A stretch of DNA of 41,697 bases from Chrysochromulina tobinii (taxonomy: Eukaryota), in NCBI GenBank assembly GCA_001275005.1, contig JWZX01002978.1, forward strand, positions 1 through 41,697, written 5' to 3'. Position numbers and translations under genes: made by a program. The notes beneath the pieces are model-generated. The model was not told the origin of the DNA and made no database searches. It worked only from the letters and a program-made list of their open reading frames with translations. Below are positions 1-11,700 of this stretch, piece after piece (the stretch's first letter is position 1; every line of letters starts with the position of its first letter).

Positions 1-885
1 CCCCGACCGACCACACATCATGCTCCAGCACCGATCGTGGTGCCCCAACATACCTCGCAGCAGGCGCTCTCTTCGCCGGCATTTGCCGCAGGTGCCTATC
101 CCGTGTTTGCTCTGTCGCCTGCAGGTGCCCCGCTCCGGACATCGCCAGCCCAACCGCTCGGCGCCGGCGCGACTTTCGCGACCCCAAGCGTACTGACCCC
201 AATCGGGACGGCGCTCCTGTCGTCGCCAGTCCAGCCGATCGGGACGGGGGCGAGTCCAAGTGGCTGCGGTTGGGCCACTCACCCGATGCCACTGAGTTCT
301 AGCGGCCCTATCGCACTAGTCGCCTGGGTGCCACGACAGTCGTGGCCCGGAGTGGTGCCGCAGACAGTACGGTCAGAGGCGACTCCCCTAGCCGCGTATC
401 CAGTGCAGCCTCTGCCTATACGGGCAGCTGTGGATTTCGGATCGATTCCTTTCGTCCCAAAGGCCCCATCGCAAAAGCCCTTTCCGCATCCCAAAGGGCC
501 GATCCGAAAGCGCCAACGTGGCAAGCACGGGTGGTCTTCTGAAGAGGATGCGGCGATCCTCGCCTACGTACAGCGTGAAGGGACGAGGTGGTGTGTCATC
601 GCCGAGTTCCTCAACGGGCGGACTGATGACGCAGTGCGCAACCGCTACCTGCGCCTGGTCAAGAAGGACGAGCAGCAAATCTCCCACCTGCGCGGGGGCG
701 ACATGTGGACCGCTGAAGAGGATGCTCTCATCCTCGATGGCGTGGCGCGCTTCGGTCAAAGGTGGCGGACCATCGTTGAGCTGCTGCCCGGACGCACAGT
801 CAACGCTGTGCGCAATCGTTATCTGCGCTGTGAGAGCCAGGCACGCACGGAGTTCTCAGGAGGAGGACGAGCCCCACAGGGATGA
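1..885 (+). CDS. R2R3-type Myb transcription factor, probably 5'-truncated at the window edge
   Basis: Two Myb repeats: GWSSEEDAAILAYVQREGTRWCVIAEFLNGRTDDAVRNRY and MWTAEEDALILDGVARFGQRWRTIVELLPGRTVNAVRNRY. The frame is open from base 1 with no ATG before the repeats (the ORF track starts at a GTG). Confidence 0.9.
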   Translation, partial: PRPTTHHAPAPIVVPQHTSQQALSSPAFAAGAYPVFALSPAGAPLRTSPAQPLGAGATFATPSVLTPIGTALLSSPVQPIGTGASPSGCGWATHPMPLSSSGPIALVAWVPRQSWPGVVPQTVRSEATPLAAYPVQPLPIRAAVDFGSIPFVPKAPSQKPFPHPKGPIRKRQRGKHGWSSEEDAAILAYVQREGTRWCVIAEFLNGRTDDAVRNRYLRLVKKDEQQISHLRGGDMWTAEEDALILDGVARFGQRWRTIVELLPGRTVNAVRNRYLRCESQARTEFSGGGRAPQG

Positions 886-1224
886 GTCCGAAAACGAGGA
901 CACTGCAACGCGTCTGGCCGCCGCCACGGAAGCGCATGCACGCAGCCAGGAAGTACAGAGGCCGCCACCAACACGTGGTGCGCTGGTGGCAGCTCCCAGC
1001 TGCACAAAGTACAGTATACAGATTACAGCCTGTACAGCTCTGTGCACTGAGATCTCAGTACCGATCGGACCCCATCAAAGAGAAGTGCATTTCTAAAAGA
1101 TGATCAGGGTCAAAGCCCTCGATACATGTATGAACAATTCTTCCACGCCCAAATGGCATTTACAGTGAGCGCTGTCCTGGTTTACGCGCAATTCCGCGAG
1201 CCCCGTGGGCAGTCGCGAGAGAAA

Positions 1225-2019
1225 ATGTGAAAGCCGCGCTCCCGCCGCGCCGGGCCCGCTCTCGACGCAAAGACGACAACTGGCTGACGTGCTTCATCCT
1301 GCTCCCCCTCTCGCGCGCAGGGCGGACGACGAAGACGTGTCGATCGATTTCTCGCTCAAGAAGAAGAAGGTTAGTGCCTCGCCCCCGCATAGCGGGTGCC
1401 CCACGGCTCACGCTGCTGCTTGCTGCCATGGCGATTGCTGCAAGCGCTGCATCAAGGCTATCTGCCTGCTGATGAGCTGTTGGGTGCATGTGGCTCACGT
1501 TCGCAGAAGAAGAAGCCCAAGGCCGGGGAAGAAGAGGAGGAGGAGGAGGAAGTGAAGAAGCCCGTGAAGGCAGCAGCTGAGGACAAGAAACCTGCTGCTG
1601 CGGCGGCGGAGGAGGACGAGGACGAGTCGCTTGACTTTTCGAAGATCAAGAAGAAGAAGAAGAAGCCCAAAGATGGCGAAGAGGAAGGCGGTGACGGACC
1701 CACGCCGCCTCCTCCCGCGCCATCGGCGGCGGCGGCAGACGACGACGACGACGAGTCGCTCGACTTTTCGAAGATTCCGAAGAAGAAGAAGAAGCCCAAG
1801 GAAGACGAGGCGGCGGCGGCGGCGCCTGCGCCCGCGGAAGAGGGCGAGGACGAGGTGCTGGACTTCTCCAAGAGCAAGAAGAAGCCGAAGAAGCCGAAGG
1901 AGGACGAGGGGGCTGATGACAAGGCGGAGAAGGCGGAGGGCGCGACTGGCGCGGCGGAAGGGGACGATGGGGAAGGCGAAGACGATGACGACGGTGACGG
2001 CGTCGGCTTTGGTCAGGCG

Positions 2020-2054
<35 letters not shown>

Positions 2055-2598
2055 TGGCGACGACGACGGCGAGGACGAGGGCGGCGAGGGCGGCTTCATC
2101 TCGATCCCGGCAGATCGCGAATACAAGTACGAAGAGCTCCTCGACCGGATGTACTCGCTGCTGCATGCGAACAACCCCGAGCTCGCGGGCGACCGCAAGC
2201 GTTTCCTCATCAAGCCGCCGCAGGTGGTGCGCGAGGGCTCGAAGCGTGTCGTCCTCACGAATTTCGGCGAGATCTGCGAGACTCTCAATCGCTCGATGGA
2301 TCACGTGTACTCGTTCATGCTGGCCGAGATGGGCACCACCGGCTCGATCGATGCGTCGTCGCGCATGGTGATCAAGGGGCGCTTCCCACCCAAGGCGATC
2401 GAGCAGATCATCCGCAGGTACGTGGGCGAGTACGTGAGCTGCTCGTCGTGCAAGTCGCCCGCGACGGCGCTGCAGAAGCAGAATCGGCTCTACTTTATGC
2501 AGTGCAACAACTGCGGCGCGCGCCGCTCGGTCACCCCCATCAAGACCGGTTTCGTGGCCATCAGCAGGGGCGCGCGCAAGAAGAATCGCGCCGTGTAG
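1225..2598 (+). CDS. eIF2beta: Eukaryotic translation initiation factor 2 subunit beta (exons 1225-1226, 1321-1369, 1507-2598)
   Basis: C-terminal eIF2beta/eIF5 domain (EYKYEELLDR...PPQVVREGSKRV...AEMGTTGSID...IKGRF) with C4 zinc ribbon CSSC...CNNC. N-terminal poly-Lys boxes and acidic tracts. GT-AG introns 1227-1320 and 1370-1506 give MADDEDVSIDFSLKKKKKKKPK in frame. Confidence 0.95.
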
Positions 2599-3364
2599 GC
2601 TCGCGCTCGGCTCCGGCCAACACGCTCGCGTCGGCGAGGCACGAGGCACGAGCGGCCTTGGCGCAGGGCGCTCTACAGTAGGCAGGTGGGTCTTTGTCCT
2701 TGCGGGAGCAGAGCAGAGTGGAGTCATAGCATGAGCAGCAGCAGAGAGAGAGAGAGTAAGAGAGTCCAGGGGTGGGTGGGTGTCGCGCCGGTGTGTGCGC
2801 ACTCATGCGCGATTTGTGGCGAGGGGTCATATAAGTCGCTCGATGCCCCCCACCCCCCGGTGCCCGGATCCGTGTATCACCTCTGCACTTTTCGGGCATG
2901 CCCCGCTCTCCTCAGCTATGCCTATGCGGTCGGGTCGTCATGGGCGTCCAGCCGGTTATGTATTAACCGACTTACGCGAATCAATTGACGCGAATTCTAT
3001 AATATTAATTATGATAATTATTCATAGAATTTAAGTTTCCATTAAGTTCTCTATTTTCACTATGAAAATACCTCCCGGCGCGTCCGGGACGGTGGTATGG
3101 TGAGCGCGGGGGACCGCGACGAAACTGACTGCGGACTGACTGGTATGACGACTGCGGGCGGTTCGTTTGGCTCACCAAAAAGAAAAACAAAGTATTCTTG
3201 AAGTAATTGTGTGCCGACTTTTGTGATGTGGGCACTAGGATTGCTGCTCTATCTCATGGTGCGCTCTGTCTTTGTGGTACTCATAGTGTACATTGGGTTC
3301 ACACGTTCACTTCGCCAAGTGTGAACACGGTTCTGTTCAAGAGGAAACCATTGGTTTCGTGTGC

Positions 3365-4297
3365 ATGTTTCGTGTACATGTATCCGCAAGGAAAGTCCTG
3401 TTTGGTGCGACTCATGGACTGAGGCTCTTTGTGCGGCTCGTGCTCGGCATGAATGTCGCGGGACGATGCAGCGCACGAAGCATTCCGCTATCGTCTTCCT
3501 CGTCCGGACTCCAGGCGGGCTACTGCGCACCCTCGCTGAGCGATAGCAGCGGGTTTTGTTGCACGCAGAGCGACTTAACCGCATGGGAGAATCAGTTTGG
3601 GTACTATCCATCCGGGATAGCCTTGAGAGGGTCCACCTGCCGAAGGGCGTGGCGCAAAGTGAATTGCGCTATAGCTTGCGACGCGTCTTCATTAGGCTGG
3701 TGGGACGCGAGCATATCTCGTGCTCATTTGTGCACAAATGTATGTCAGGACCTGTGGCAGTGCTATTCGCCAGGCTTCACGACGACGCAAGGGGTGATTT
3801 TCGACAGCATGACTTCGTTCTGCAACTATCACTCGGGGCCCAAGCGGCCGGATCTGAACGCGTGCCTGGGCTACTACGCCGGCGAGGAAACCTCGAGCAC
3901 CGCAAACTTCCTCACAATAGGCGTGGGGTTTCTCCTGGGTCCGCCATCTCCGCCGCGCCCGCCGTCTCCACCGAGCCCTCCGCCTCTTGGCGAGGACAAG
4001 AGCTCTGGAGCGGCGGGCGCGGGGGTGGGCGTTGCTTGTGGAATCCTCCTTCTGTGTTGCTTGTGCTGCTACCGGAGCTGGCTGAAGCGGAGGCTGCGAC
4101 AGGAGGAGCGCTTTCTGCAAGCGCTTGGAGTTGGAGGAACGGCGATGTATCCCGCTCCAACTGTGCGCCAGGTGGAGCAGCCGGGCATGTCCCTCTATGA
4201 GCAGCAACGCTTGCGTCAGCAGCAATTCCAGGTGCAGAATGAGGTGGCAGCCATCGAGGAGAGGCAACGGGAGCTCAAGGAGAAGCAGCGTCAGTTG

Positions 4298-4338
<41 letters not shown>

Positions 4339-5722
4339 CACCGGAGGTGCGCCGGACGCATCATATGTGCGACGCGATCGGGTGGCGGAGATGCGGGCGC
4401 AGGTGGCCGCGGAGCTGGCGGCAGAGCAGGCGGCGGCGGCGCGTGCACACGGTCCTGTCCCCGTGGCGATTGCCGTTCCAGTTGCGGCGCACGTTGCCGC
4501 GAGGACGCCCGAGGAGCGCCGACGCGCCCGTTTGCATGCTCAACTCGACGCTCAGCTCGAGGCGCAGGCGCAGGCAGACCGATCCGTTCCAAATATGGCA
4601 GCCCAGCTCGGTGCGAGGATGGCCCCCGACACGCGGGGCGCTGTGTTGGGCGGCAAGTCGCGGGTGCGTACGTCGTACGCGATGGACGACGATTCGGATG
4701 AGGAGGGCCCAACACAGCGCGATGGCCCCCGCGTAGCGCCCAACACAGCGCCCAACCACGCAGCGTGGAATGCCACCTCGGGCTGGTCTAGCGGGCCGCG
4801 CGGCCCCAACGGGCAGAGTGAGCATGAGCCGCCCCAAATCCTCGACCCTGATTGCATGCTGATTGCATGCTGATTGCCTCCCTCATCAGGTGAGCGTGAG
4901 CCGCCCCAAATCCTCGACCCTGATTGCATGCTGATTGCATGCTGATTGCCTCCCTCATCAGGTGAGCGTGAGCCGCCCCAAATCCTCGACCCTTTCCTCG
5001 ACGTGCTCGCGGCCGGTGCTCGGAGCGTTTCGGAGAGCGCCGCGGTCGAGACCGCCGTCAAGCGCAGTCGAGCGGCGGCCGCCTCATTCAACGCGCAGCA
5101 GGGGCAGCAGGCGCAGCATGAGCAGCATGGCGGTAGGGCGCGCCGAGCTACCGGCCCGCCGTCAACGCAAGGGCCACCGCAGGGGGCGCGGCCGTCGGCA
5201 GCGCAGACGCCGCCGCGAGCGAGCCAATCCGCTACCAGTGGCACCGCCTCTGTCGATCCTGACGAGAGTGAGGACCGACGCGCGCCCGCGCGCTCAGTCA
5301 GTCGACGAGCGATGGACGTGGCCGCGCGTGTGGGGCAGCGCGTGCACCACCAGCGCATCGCGAGGGAGGTGAATGAGAAGCAGCAGCAGCGCCGACAAAA
5401 GAAGAAGGAGGAGGCCGCCGCCCACACGAACGGCTGGGCGCACGCGCATGCCTCCATTTACGAGCAGCTCGCTGCACTTCCCCAGGTCGGCCCTCCCATC
5501 TTCCCACAGGCTTGGACGGCAGGTGAGGTGACCCGTGGTGACCTCAAGGCGCTCAAGAAGGCCTATCACCGTGCTGCCGTGAAGCTGCACCCGGACAAGG
5601 TCCAGAGCTTGCCCCTCGCCAGCCAGGCCCTCGCCGAAGAGCTCTTCAAGGTTCTGGGCGACGCCTACGCCAAGGAGCTCAGGGCTCTCGAAGGAACCTC
5701 GGGTGGCGTCTCGTGTGCATGA
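3365..5722 (+). CDS. Predicted single-pass membrane protein: Cys-rich folate-receptor/CRD-like ectodomain, Pro-rich linker, TM, coiled coil/polyQ, C-terminal auxilin-type J-domain (exons ~3365-4817, 4962-5722)
   Basis: Cys pattern FCC...CRRAWRKVNCAIACD...LCTNVCQDLWQC...FC...ACL. Hydrophobic stretch GAAGAGVGVACGILLLCCLCCY. Terminal KALKKAYHRAAVKLHPDKV...AEELFKVLGDAY contains HPD. Removing 4818-4961 (GT...AG) joins the two ORFs in frame. The start codon is uncertain. Confidence 0.75.
4301..4336 (+). repeat. (CAG)n coding microsatellite (polyQ)
   Basis: About 12 CAG codons in the membrane/J-domain gene. Confidence 0.95.
4818..4993 (+). repeat. 72-nt tandem repeat (2 full copies plus a partial exonic copy) forming two abutting intron-like units
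   Basis: GTGAGC(A/G)TGAGCCGCCCCAAATCCTCGACCC-TGATTGCATGC x2-TGATTGCCTCCCTCATCAG at 4818-4889 and 4890-4961. The first ~32 nt recur at 4962-4993 as coding sequence. Confidence 0.9.
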
Positions 5723-6068
5723 AATCCATGACACGGCCGCGTGGACCGAACATGCCAAATGCGACATGGTTCTACCGCGACTTAAAGTAGAATCAGCGTG
5801 ATTTATGTTTGATACTCGAAATTCGATTGTCTGATCTGCGGATCTCTGTAATCTAGCCCTGCTTCGCTTCTGCCATCACGATCCGCGTTACGCGATACGT
5901 ACATGCGATACGGGTTTTTCTTGTGCTTGTTTTGCTTGTCACTTGCACAGCAGTTCTCTTCACGCCGTCGTTGAAAGCGCGAAGCACATAAAGGCCGCAA
6001 CCCTCCTACAAAGGCGTCGCGTGCGGCACGCCAAGCAGTGCGGCTTCCTTGGCTCTCCAAGCTTGTGC

Positions 6069-6572
6069 TCACAGATAGGATTTGACGAAGAGTTTGACAA
6101 ACTCTTCATATGAGATGAGTCCGTCGCCGTTCGTGTCGGCTTCATCGAGAATTTTGTCCACTTGAGTGGGTGTCAGTGTCCGGAAGCTGTTGGTGTCGAG
6201 ACCCTTAAAGATAGCGTGCATCTCATCCCGGTCAATGTAGCCACTGCCGTCCCTGTCGAACACCTTGAAGGCCTCCTTGAGGATGCTCTCATCGCTCCCC
6301 CCGTCCTCAGATACCTGCTTGCCCATCATGCCAACGAATGCCGGAAAGTCCACGCCTTCATCACTTGTTTTTGCAGCCGACATCATCATCGACAGCTCGT
6401 TGTCCGACAGTTCCTTTCCAAGCTCGTTCATCACTTCCCGGAGCTCTTGAATATCAATGTACCCGGATTTGTCCTTATCGAACTTATCGAAGGCGGCATG
6501 GAACACCATCATCTCCGCCTCCGAGGCAAAGGGCAGCTTCCCGATGTCAAGCTTTGGCATGTCCTTCGGCAT
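6069..6572 (-). CDS. Calmodulin/centrin-like EF-hand protein (167 aa)
   Basis: EF loops DKDKSGYIDIQE, DRDGSGYIDRDE and DTNGDGLISYEE. The second hand is degenerate. Calmodulin-like spacing (LKEAFKVFDRDG). Confidence 0.92.
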   Translation of the reverse strand: MPKDMPKLDIGKLPFASEAEMMVFHAAFDKFDKDKSGYIDIQELREVMNELGKELSDNELSMMMSAAKTSDEGVDFPAFVGMMGKQVSEDGGSDESILKEAFKVFDRDGSGYIDRDEMHAIFKGLDTNSFRTLTPTQVDKILDEADTNGDGLISYEEFVKLFVKSYL

Positions 6573-7224
6573 TTCTCTCCCGCTTCAGTACCTCTCGCCG
6601 CACAGGAGGGACGCACCGCCAAAGTTTCGCCTCGAGAGTTGCGGGTTCGATTCCACAGATGATCGTGTAATGGCCTCCGTCATCATTTTCGAATCGGCAT
6701 CACTGCGGCATGACGTCCTTTTATCATGTAATACGTGGTTTCTTTCATGCACGCACAAAAAGCCCTATACTGTAGTTTGCGCGCGCTCAGTCGAGTGCAC
6801 CGCAGCATGGTGCATGCCCGGGGCCAGCTTCCGGTCCTTAGACCTTGCATCTGCACGGTGCGCACGACGACGACCGCACACGCATGACCATACTCCTAAC
6901 ACACTGCTAACACAGGACCCGTGCGCACCCCGGCAACAGTAATTGCACTCCCTGCCGCACCCACGCACATGCGTATTCCAACTGAACCGACTGCAGCAGC
7001 AGCTCCGGCATAGAGCACAAGTGCTCACACATCCGAGCGCCTCCGGCTTCCGTCAGTCAATGATTCTTGCGGCCACACGTGGCCTCGCCTCTCACGCCAC
7101 CGAGCGCCGTCCCGAGCGCGTGCCGCGCAGCGAGGCGGTCGGTGGCTCCTTGTCGGGAGAGTTCTGCTTGGGCGCGATCTCGGCTCACCATGCAGGTTCT
7201 AAACCCTTTAGGACTCAAGCAGGT

Positions 7225-8295
7225 TCAAGCAGGGGAGGCTGTAGCGCCGCCTGGACTTCTGCTGGCGTCAAGGTCGAGTGCATTGGCGACGACGGAGGAA
7301 GCAATGCTTGCGGCAAGTCCCGAGTCGTCGACCTTGGCGAGCGCGCCCGTCAAGGGCGGGATGCTGCTTAGCGCCGTCTCCGACTCCATCCTGATGTCGT
7401 CGAGCGCTTTGCGGTGCACGGCTGCGGTGGCATATTCCTCACGATTCAGAGCGTCGCCCTTGGCGAGGATTGCCGCCTCCGCGCGGTCGCCCAGGTCCTT
7501 AAGCTTGTTCTGCGCGTCGAGGGCGATGCCGGCAGCCACGTAGTTCTCGTTCTTCAGGTGCTGCGCCTTCATCACCTGCGCCTCGGCCTCCTTCTCTCGC
7601 AATGCCATGAGCTCATCGGCATTCTTACGCACGGACAGCGCACCCGCAACGGCGCCGTCGAGCATCTGCTGCGCGAGCTTGCCCTGCAGGCCGGTCCATT
7701 TGGCGAGCGCCGCCTGCTGCACCGTCGCCCACTTTTGGGTGTCCACCTGCCGGTCCTTGATCCACACCATCGAATGCCTCTTCGCCACGTCAGCAAGCGT
7801 GCAGCACCTCTCGGCGGCCGCATCGACATACGGTTTGGATTTCTCTGCGAGGTCGAGCAGCGCCGGCTCCGCCTTCTTGTAGTACTCGATCGATTTGATC
7901 TTGCCCTCCTCGATGATTAACTTGGACTTCTCGACTAGCTCGTCGAAGGTCGGCTTGGCCTTTGCGACCAGCGGCGCGACCCTCTCCGCGTAGAACGGTG
8001 CAACCTTCTCCGCGTAGAAGGGGTCCCACTTGGCCTTGAGCTCAAGATATTTGGGCTCGAGCTTGACCTTGGCTTGGTCTATGAGCACGGTCAACTTAGA
8101 CATGCCTGGCTGCACCACTGTCATTGTTGCCCATTCCTGGAATTTCTTCCATTCCTCGAGCAGAAAGACGAGCGCCGGATGGACGGGCTCACTGTGCAGC
8201 TGAATGACGGTCGTGGACGACGTGGCCGCGCCAGCCACGTTCGCCGGTGGACCCACGGGCATGGTTTGACTGTCTCCCTTACCAAACATGAACAT
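7225..8295 (-). CDS. Hypothetical alpha-helical protein (Ala/Lys/Glu-rich, amphipathic repeats)
   Basis: Long ORF with coding-like composition. First ATG at 8295. Internal repeat PFYAEKVA/PFYAERVA. No family recognised. Confidence 0.7.
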   Translation of the reverse strand: MFMFGKGDSQTMPVGPPANVAGAATSSTTVIQLHSEPVHPALVFLLEEWKKFQEWATMTVVQPGMSKLTVLIDQAKVKLEPKYLELKAKWDPFYAEKVAPFYAERVAPLVAKAKPTFDELVEKSKLIIEEGKIKSIEYYKKAEPALLDLAEKSKPYVDAAAERCCTLADVAKRHSMVWIKDRQVDTQKWATVQQAALAKWTGLQGKLAQQMLDGAVAGALSVRKNADELMALREKEAEAQVMKAQHLKNENYVAAGIALDAQNKLKDLGDRAEAAILAKGDALNREEYATAAVHRKALDDIRMESETALSSIPPLTGALAKVDDSGLAASIASSVVANALDLDASRSPGGATASPA

Positions 8296-8763
8296 GCGCA
8301 CTTGGGCTCGCTGGTCGATCCGTCGATCCGGTGACAAATGAATCTTTCTCTCGCAACCACGAGTACAGACGTGTGAACGTTAACACGACAGACGCCGGTG
8401 CGACGTGAAAATGGCGCTTCGGGACGCTCTAAAGATCTCACAACCTTTGGGCTAAGCGCGCAGTGCTCCGGGTGCGCGCGCGCGGCGGGATTACTGCCTG
8501 TGTTTCCCAATGTCTGCCATGTCCCGCGACCCGCGTGCCTCACTGGCGCCAGGTGGCCTGCCAACTGCCTCTTGCGTCCGGGCGCATGTGCGCTGACTCG
8601 CACTGACAGCAATGCGTCCGCCCATGGATGTATGACCGTTTTGCGGAAGCCCTCATGTTTTTGTAACCGCTCTCCAAAACGACTCTCCACTCTCTCCGCG
8701 TCCGAGGGTTTCCCAGCCACCTGAGCAGGCGGCCGAGGTACCGGGGGGGCGCCCCGGCGTGCA

Positions 8764-11700
8764 ATGCCGAAGTCGGCAGACCTAGTGTCGGAGACAAAGC
8801 AGTTGGCTAAGAAAAACTCTGGCAAAAGCGCTCGCAAGAAGGTCACTCGAAAGGATATAAAGTCGGCTGAGTCGCTGCCGGAGCTGATCAATAAGCTGGT
8901 CAAGCGTATCAAAGAAGGCGACGCCGAGATCAAGGAATTTTCGGCGGCAGCGCTCAAGGAGATTGCGGGAATGGATCACGGCTCGCACGCAGCGGAGCTC
9001 TCGCGAGCGGGCGCCATTGAGCCGCTGGTCAGGTTGCTCTCGTGTGGCGCGGCGAACACGCAGTGCTCTGCGGCATCGGCGCTGGCCGGGATCGCGGTCA
9101 TGAAGGCGGAATACCAAAAGCAGATCGTGGCGGCGGGCGGCGGGCCTGCGCTCGTTGCGCTTCTCAAGACGGGAAGCGCCAAGGTGCAGGAGGAGGCGGC
9201 TGCGGCGCTCGCGACGCTGCGCGTGGACGTGAGCTTCCAGAGCGAAATCTTGCGGGCGGGCGCGATCCCGGCGCTGGTGGGGCTGCTCAGCAATGGCTCG
9301 GCCATCGCGCAGGCAGCGGCTGCGCAGGCGACCGCCAATGCCGCCGCCTACAGTGCGCACGCTCAACGCGAGATTGCGAAGGCGGGCGCCATCCCGCTGT
9401 TGCTCACACTTCTTGGTAGTGGAAAGGCGCAGAAGCCGGCGGCGGTGGCGCTGGGCAATCTGGCGGCGAACAACCGAGAGATCCAGGACATCGTGGCCGG
9501 TCTCGGCGGCGTCGCGCCGCTCCTCGCGCTTCTCAATGGAATGGATGTCGAGTCACAGGTGGAAGCTGCCGCGGCGCTCGCAGAGATGGCACGAGACAAC
9601 CCTGAGACACAGTCAGCCATCGCCAAGTCGGGCGGTATCGGGCCGCTGCTCGCAATGCTCGGGTCGCGCGTAGCCGCCGCGCAATCGCGCGGCATGGCGT
9701 GCCTGGCGCAGCTCGCGCGCAACAACAAGGAGAACCAAGACTCGATTGCGCGCATGGACGGCCTGACACCACTCTGCCGGCTACTCGACGCTGGAGAAGA
9801 TGCGGCGGAGGTCCTTTGGTGCGCGGCGTGCGCCATCATGGAGATCACGCGGAACAACCTGGAGAACCAGCGCTTCGTCGTGGATTTGGGCGGCATATCC
9901 TATCTCGCCGGTCTCATCAAGCTCAGCAGCAACACACGTGTCAAGGCGGAGGTCGCGGGCGCCTTTTGGGCCTTATCTGAGGATGCAGCCATCAAGTGTA
10001 CGATCGCAGAGAATGCCACGATCTTTCCCCTCGTGCAGCTTTTGGCTGTGGACGACGCGCGCGCAACGGAGCATGCTGCGTGTGCCATCCTCTCGCTCGG
10101 CCTCGATAATAAGAAGAATCAAATCCAGATCGCACAGATGCTCATCGAGTTGCTAACGAACGGGTCGGAGGCAACGCAGGACCGCGCAACAAAGGCGCTC
10201 TGGGGGCTCGTGAACCAGAATCCGTCCGCGCACGATGCGATCGCAAAAGCAGGCGACCCGGCGGCGCTCGTCGAGCTGCTCAAGAGGGACTATGCCGATG
10301 TAAAGGACTACGCGCTCTGGTCTCTATCACTCGCGATCTCGAGAGAGAACCAGATGACAGTGGCCGAGTCGGGTGGCATCTCGCCTCTAATTGCATGTCT
10401 GGGCGACATGCGCCCCAAGATCCAAAAGCAAGCGGCCGCGGCGATCGCCAAGCTCGCACGCAACAATGACGACACCCGCTCGCAGATCGCCAAGCTCGGC
10501 GGCGTCAAGCCTATTATAAAACTTCTCCAGCCGTCGGCCGCGTGGCAGGAGTGGGCCAAGAAGCAAGTAAAGCTAGAGGCGGCCGTAAAGCTCGAAGCTG
10601 CGAACCTAGAGGCTGTTTCGAGGCAGGCTGATAAGATAGAAGAGGGCAAACTGACGGAAGCGGAGCTGGGGCCACGCGTCAACGAGCCGGACGCGGACGG
10701 GAGCGGCAAATTGGCCACGAATGATTACATCAGGTTCTCGCTGCACGAGGCCTTGCGCCGCTCCTCGGTGAACTTGATCAACATGTTTCAAAGGTGGGAC
10801 GAGGATAGCAACGGCATTATCGATAGATTTGAGTTCCGCCGTTCGGTCCGCGCGCTCGGCTTCGACGCCATCGACTTCCCGGATTCCGCCATCGACGCCG
10901 TCTTCGACGAGTTCGACGAGGATGGGTCCGGCAGCCTGGACTACAGGGAGCTGGCTCAGCAGATGGCCAAAGTCGAAAAGGGGGGGATGGAAATGGGTGC
11001 GATCGGCAGTGCGGCCGCCGCGAGGAGCAGAGGCGCTACCATCGAGCCTGTGCCTGTGCACGAGGATGCCACCGACGCGCTGGCCAATCTCGCAGCGGAC
11101 GCGGCCGCGCGCGACGAGATTACGAACACCAGTGGCATCACGAACATTGTGGCGCTGTTGCAGACGCTCGGCTCGAATACGAAAAAATTCGCGGCGATAG
11201 CGCTCGCAGCCCTCTCCAAAGATCATGAGGTCACGCAGAGTGCGATCGCCAAGGCAGGCGCGATCGGCCCGCTTGTGTCGCTGCTCGATGGCAACGAGGG
11301 TCCAGAGGCCCAGGAGGCGGCCGCAGGAGCCATCCTCGCTCTGGCAGACCACGAGGCTAATCGGCACATGATCACTGAGAGCGGCGGCATCGGCTTCCTT
11401 GTCATGCTGCTCGGCTGCACCAACCCGAAATCGCGCGAGCACGCCGAGGGCGCGCTGGTGCGCCTTTCGATTGAGAATGCGAATCGAGTGCAGATCATCA
11501 AGAAGCTCGTGCACATGCTCCAGGACCCAGGCGCCGGGGGACAGGAGCAGGCTGCTGCCGCGCTCGCCAACCTCGCGCGCGAGTCCGAGAACAATCGCCA
11601 GTCGATTGTGGACGCAAACGGCATCACGCCGCTGCTCGAGATCCTCGACGCGTCGTCTGCCAAGGCCAAAGAGAATGCGGTCGACACGATCAAGGAGCTC

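Noticed and set aside
2975..3070. Sharp AT-rich island between eIF2beta and the next gene
   Set aside because: Could be a terminator, promoter or nucleosome-free region, but no specific motif can be supported.
4818..4993. 72-nt repeats, and the 10/11-nt arrays at 22454 and 28011, considered as CRISPR arrays
   Set aside because: No unique spacers, no cas genes, eukaryotic context. All lie within GT-AG introns.
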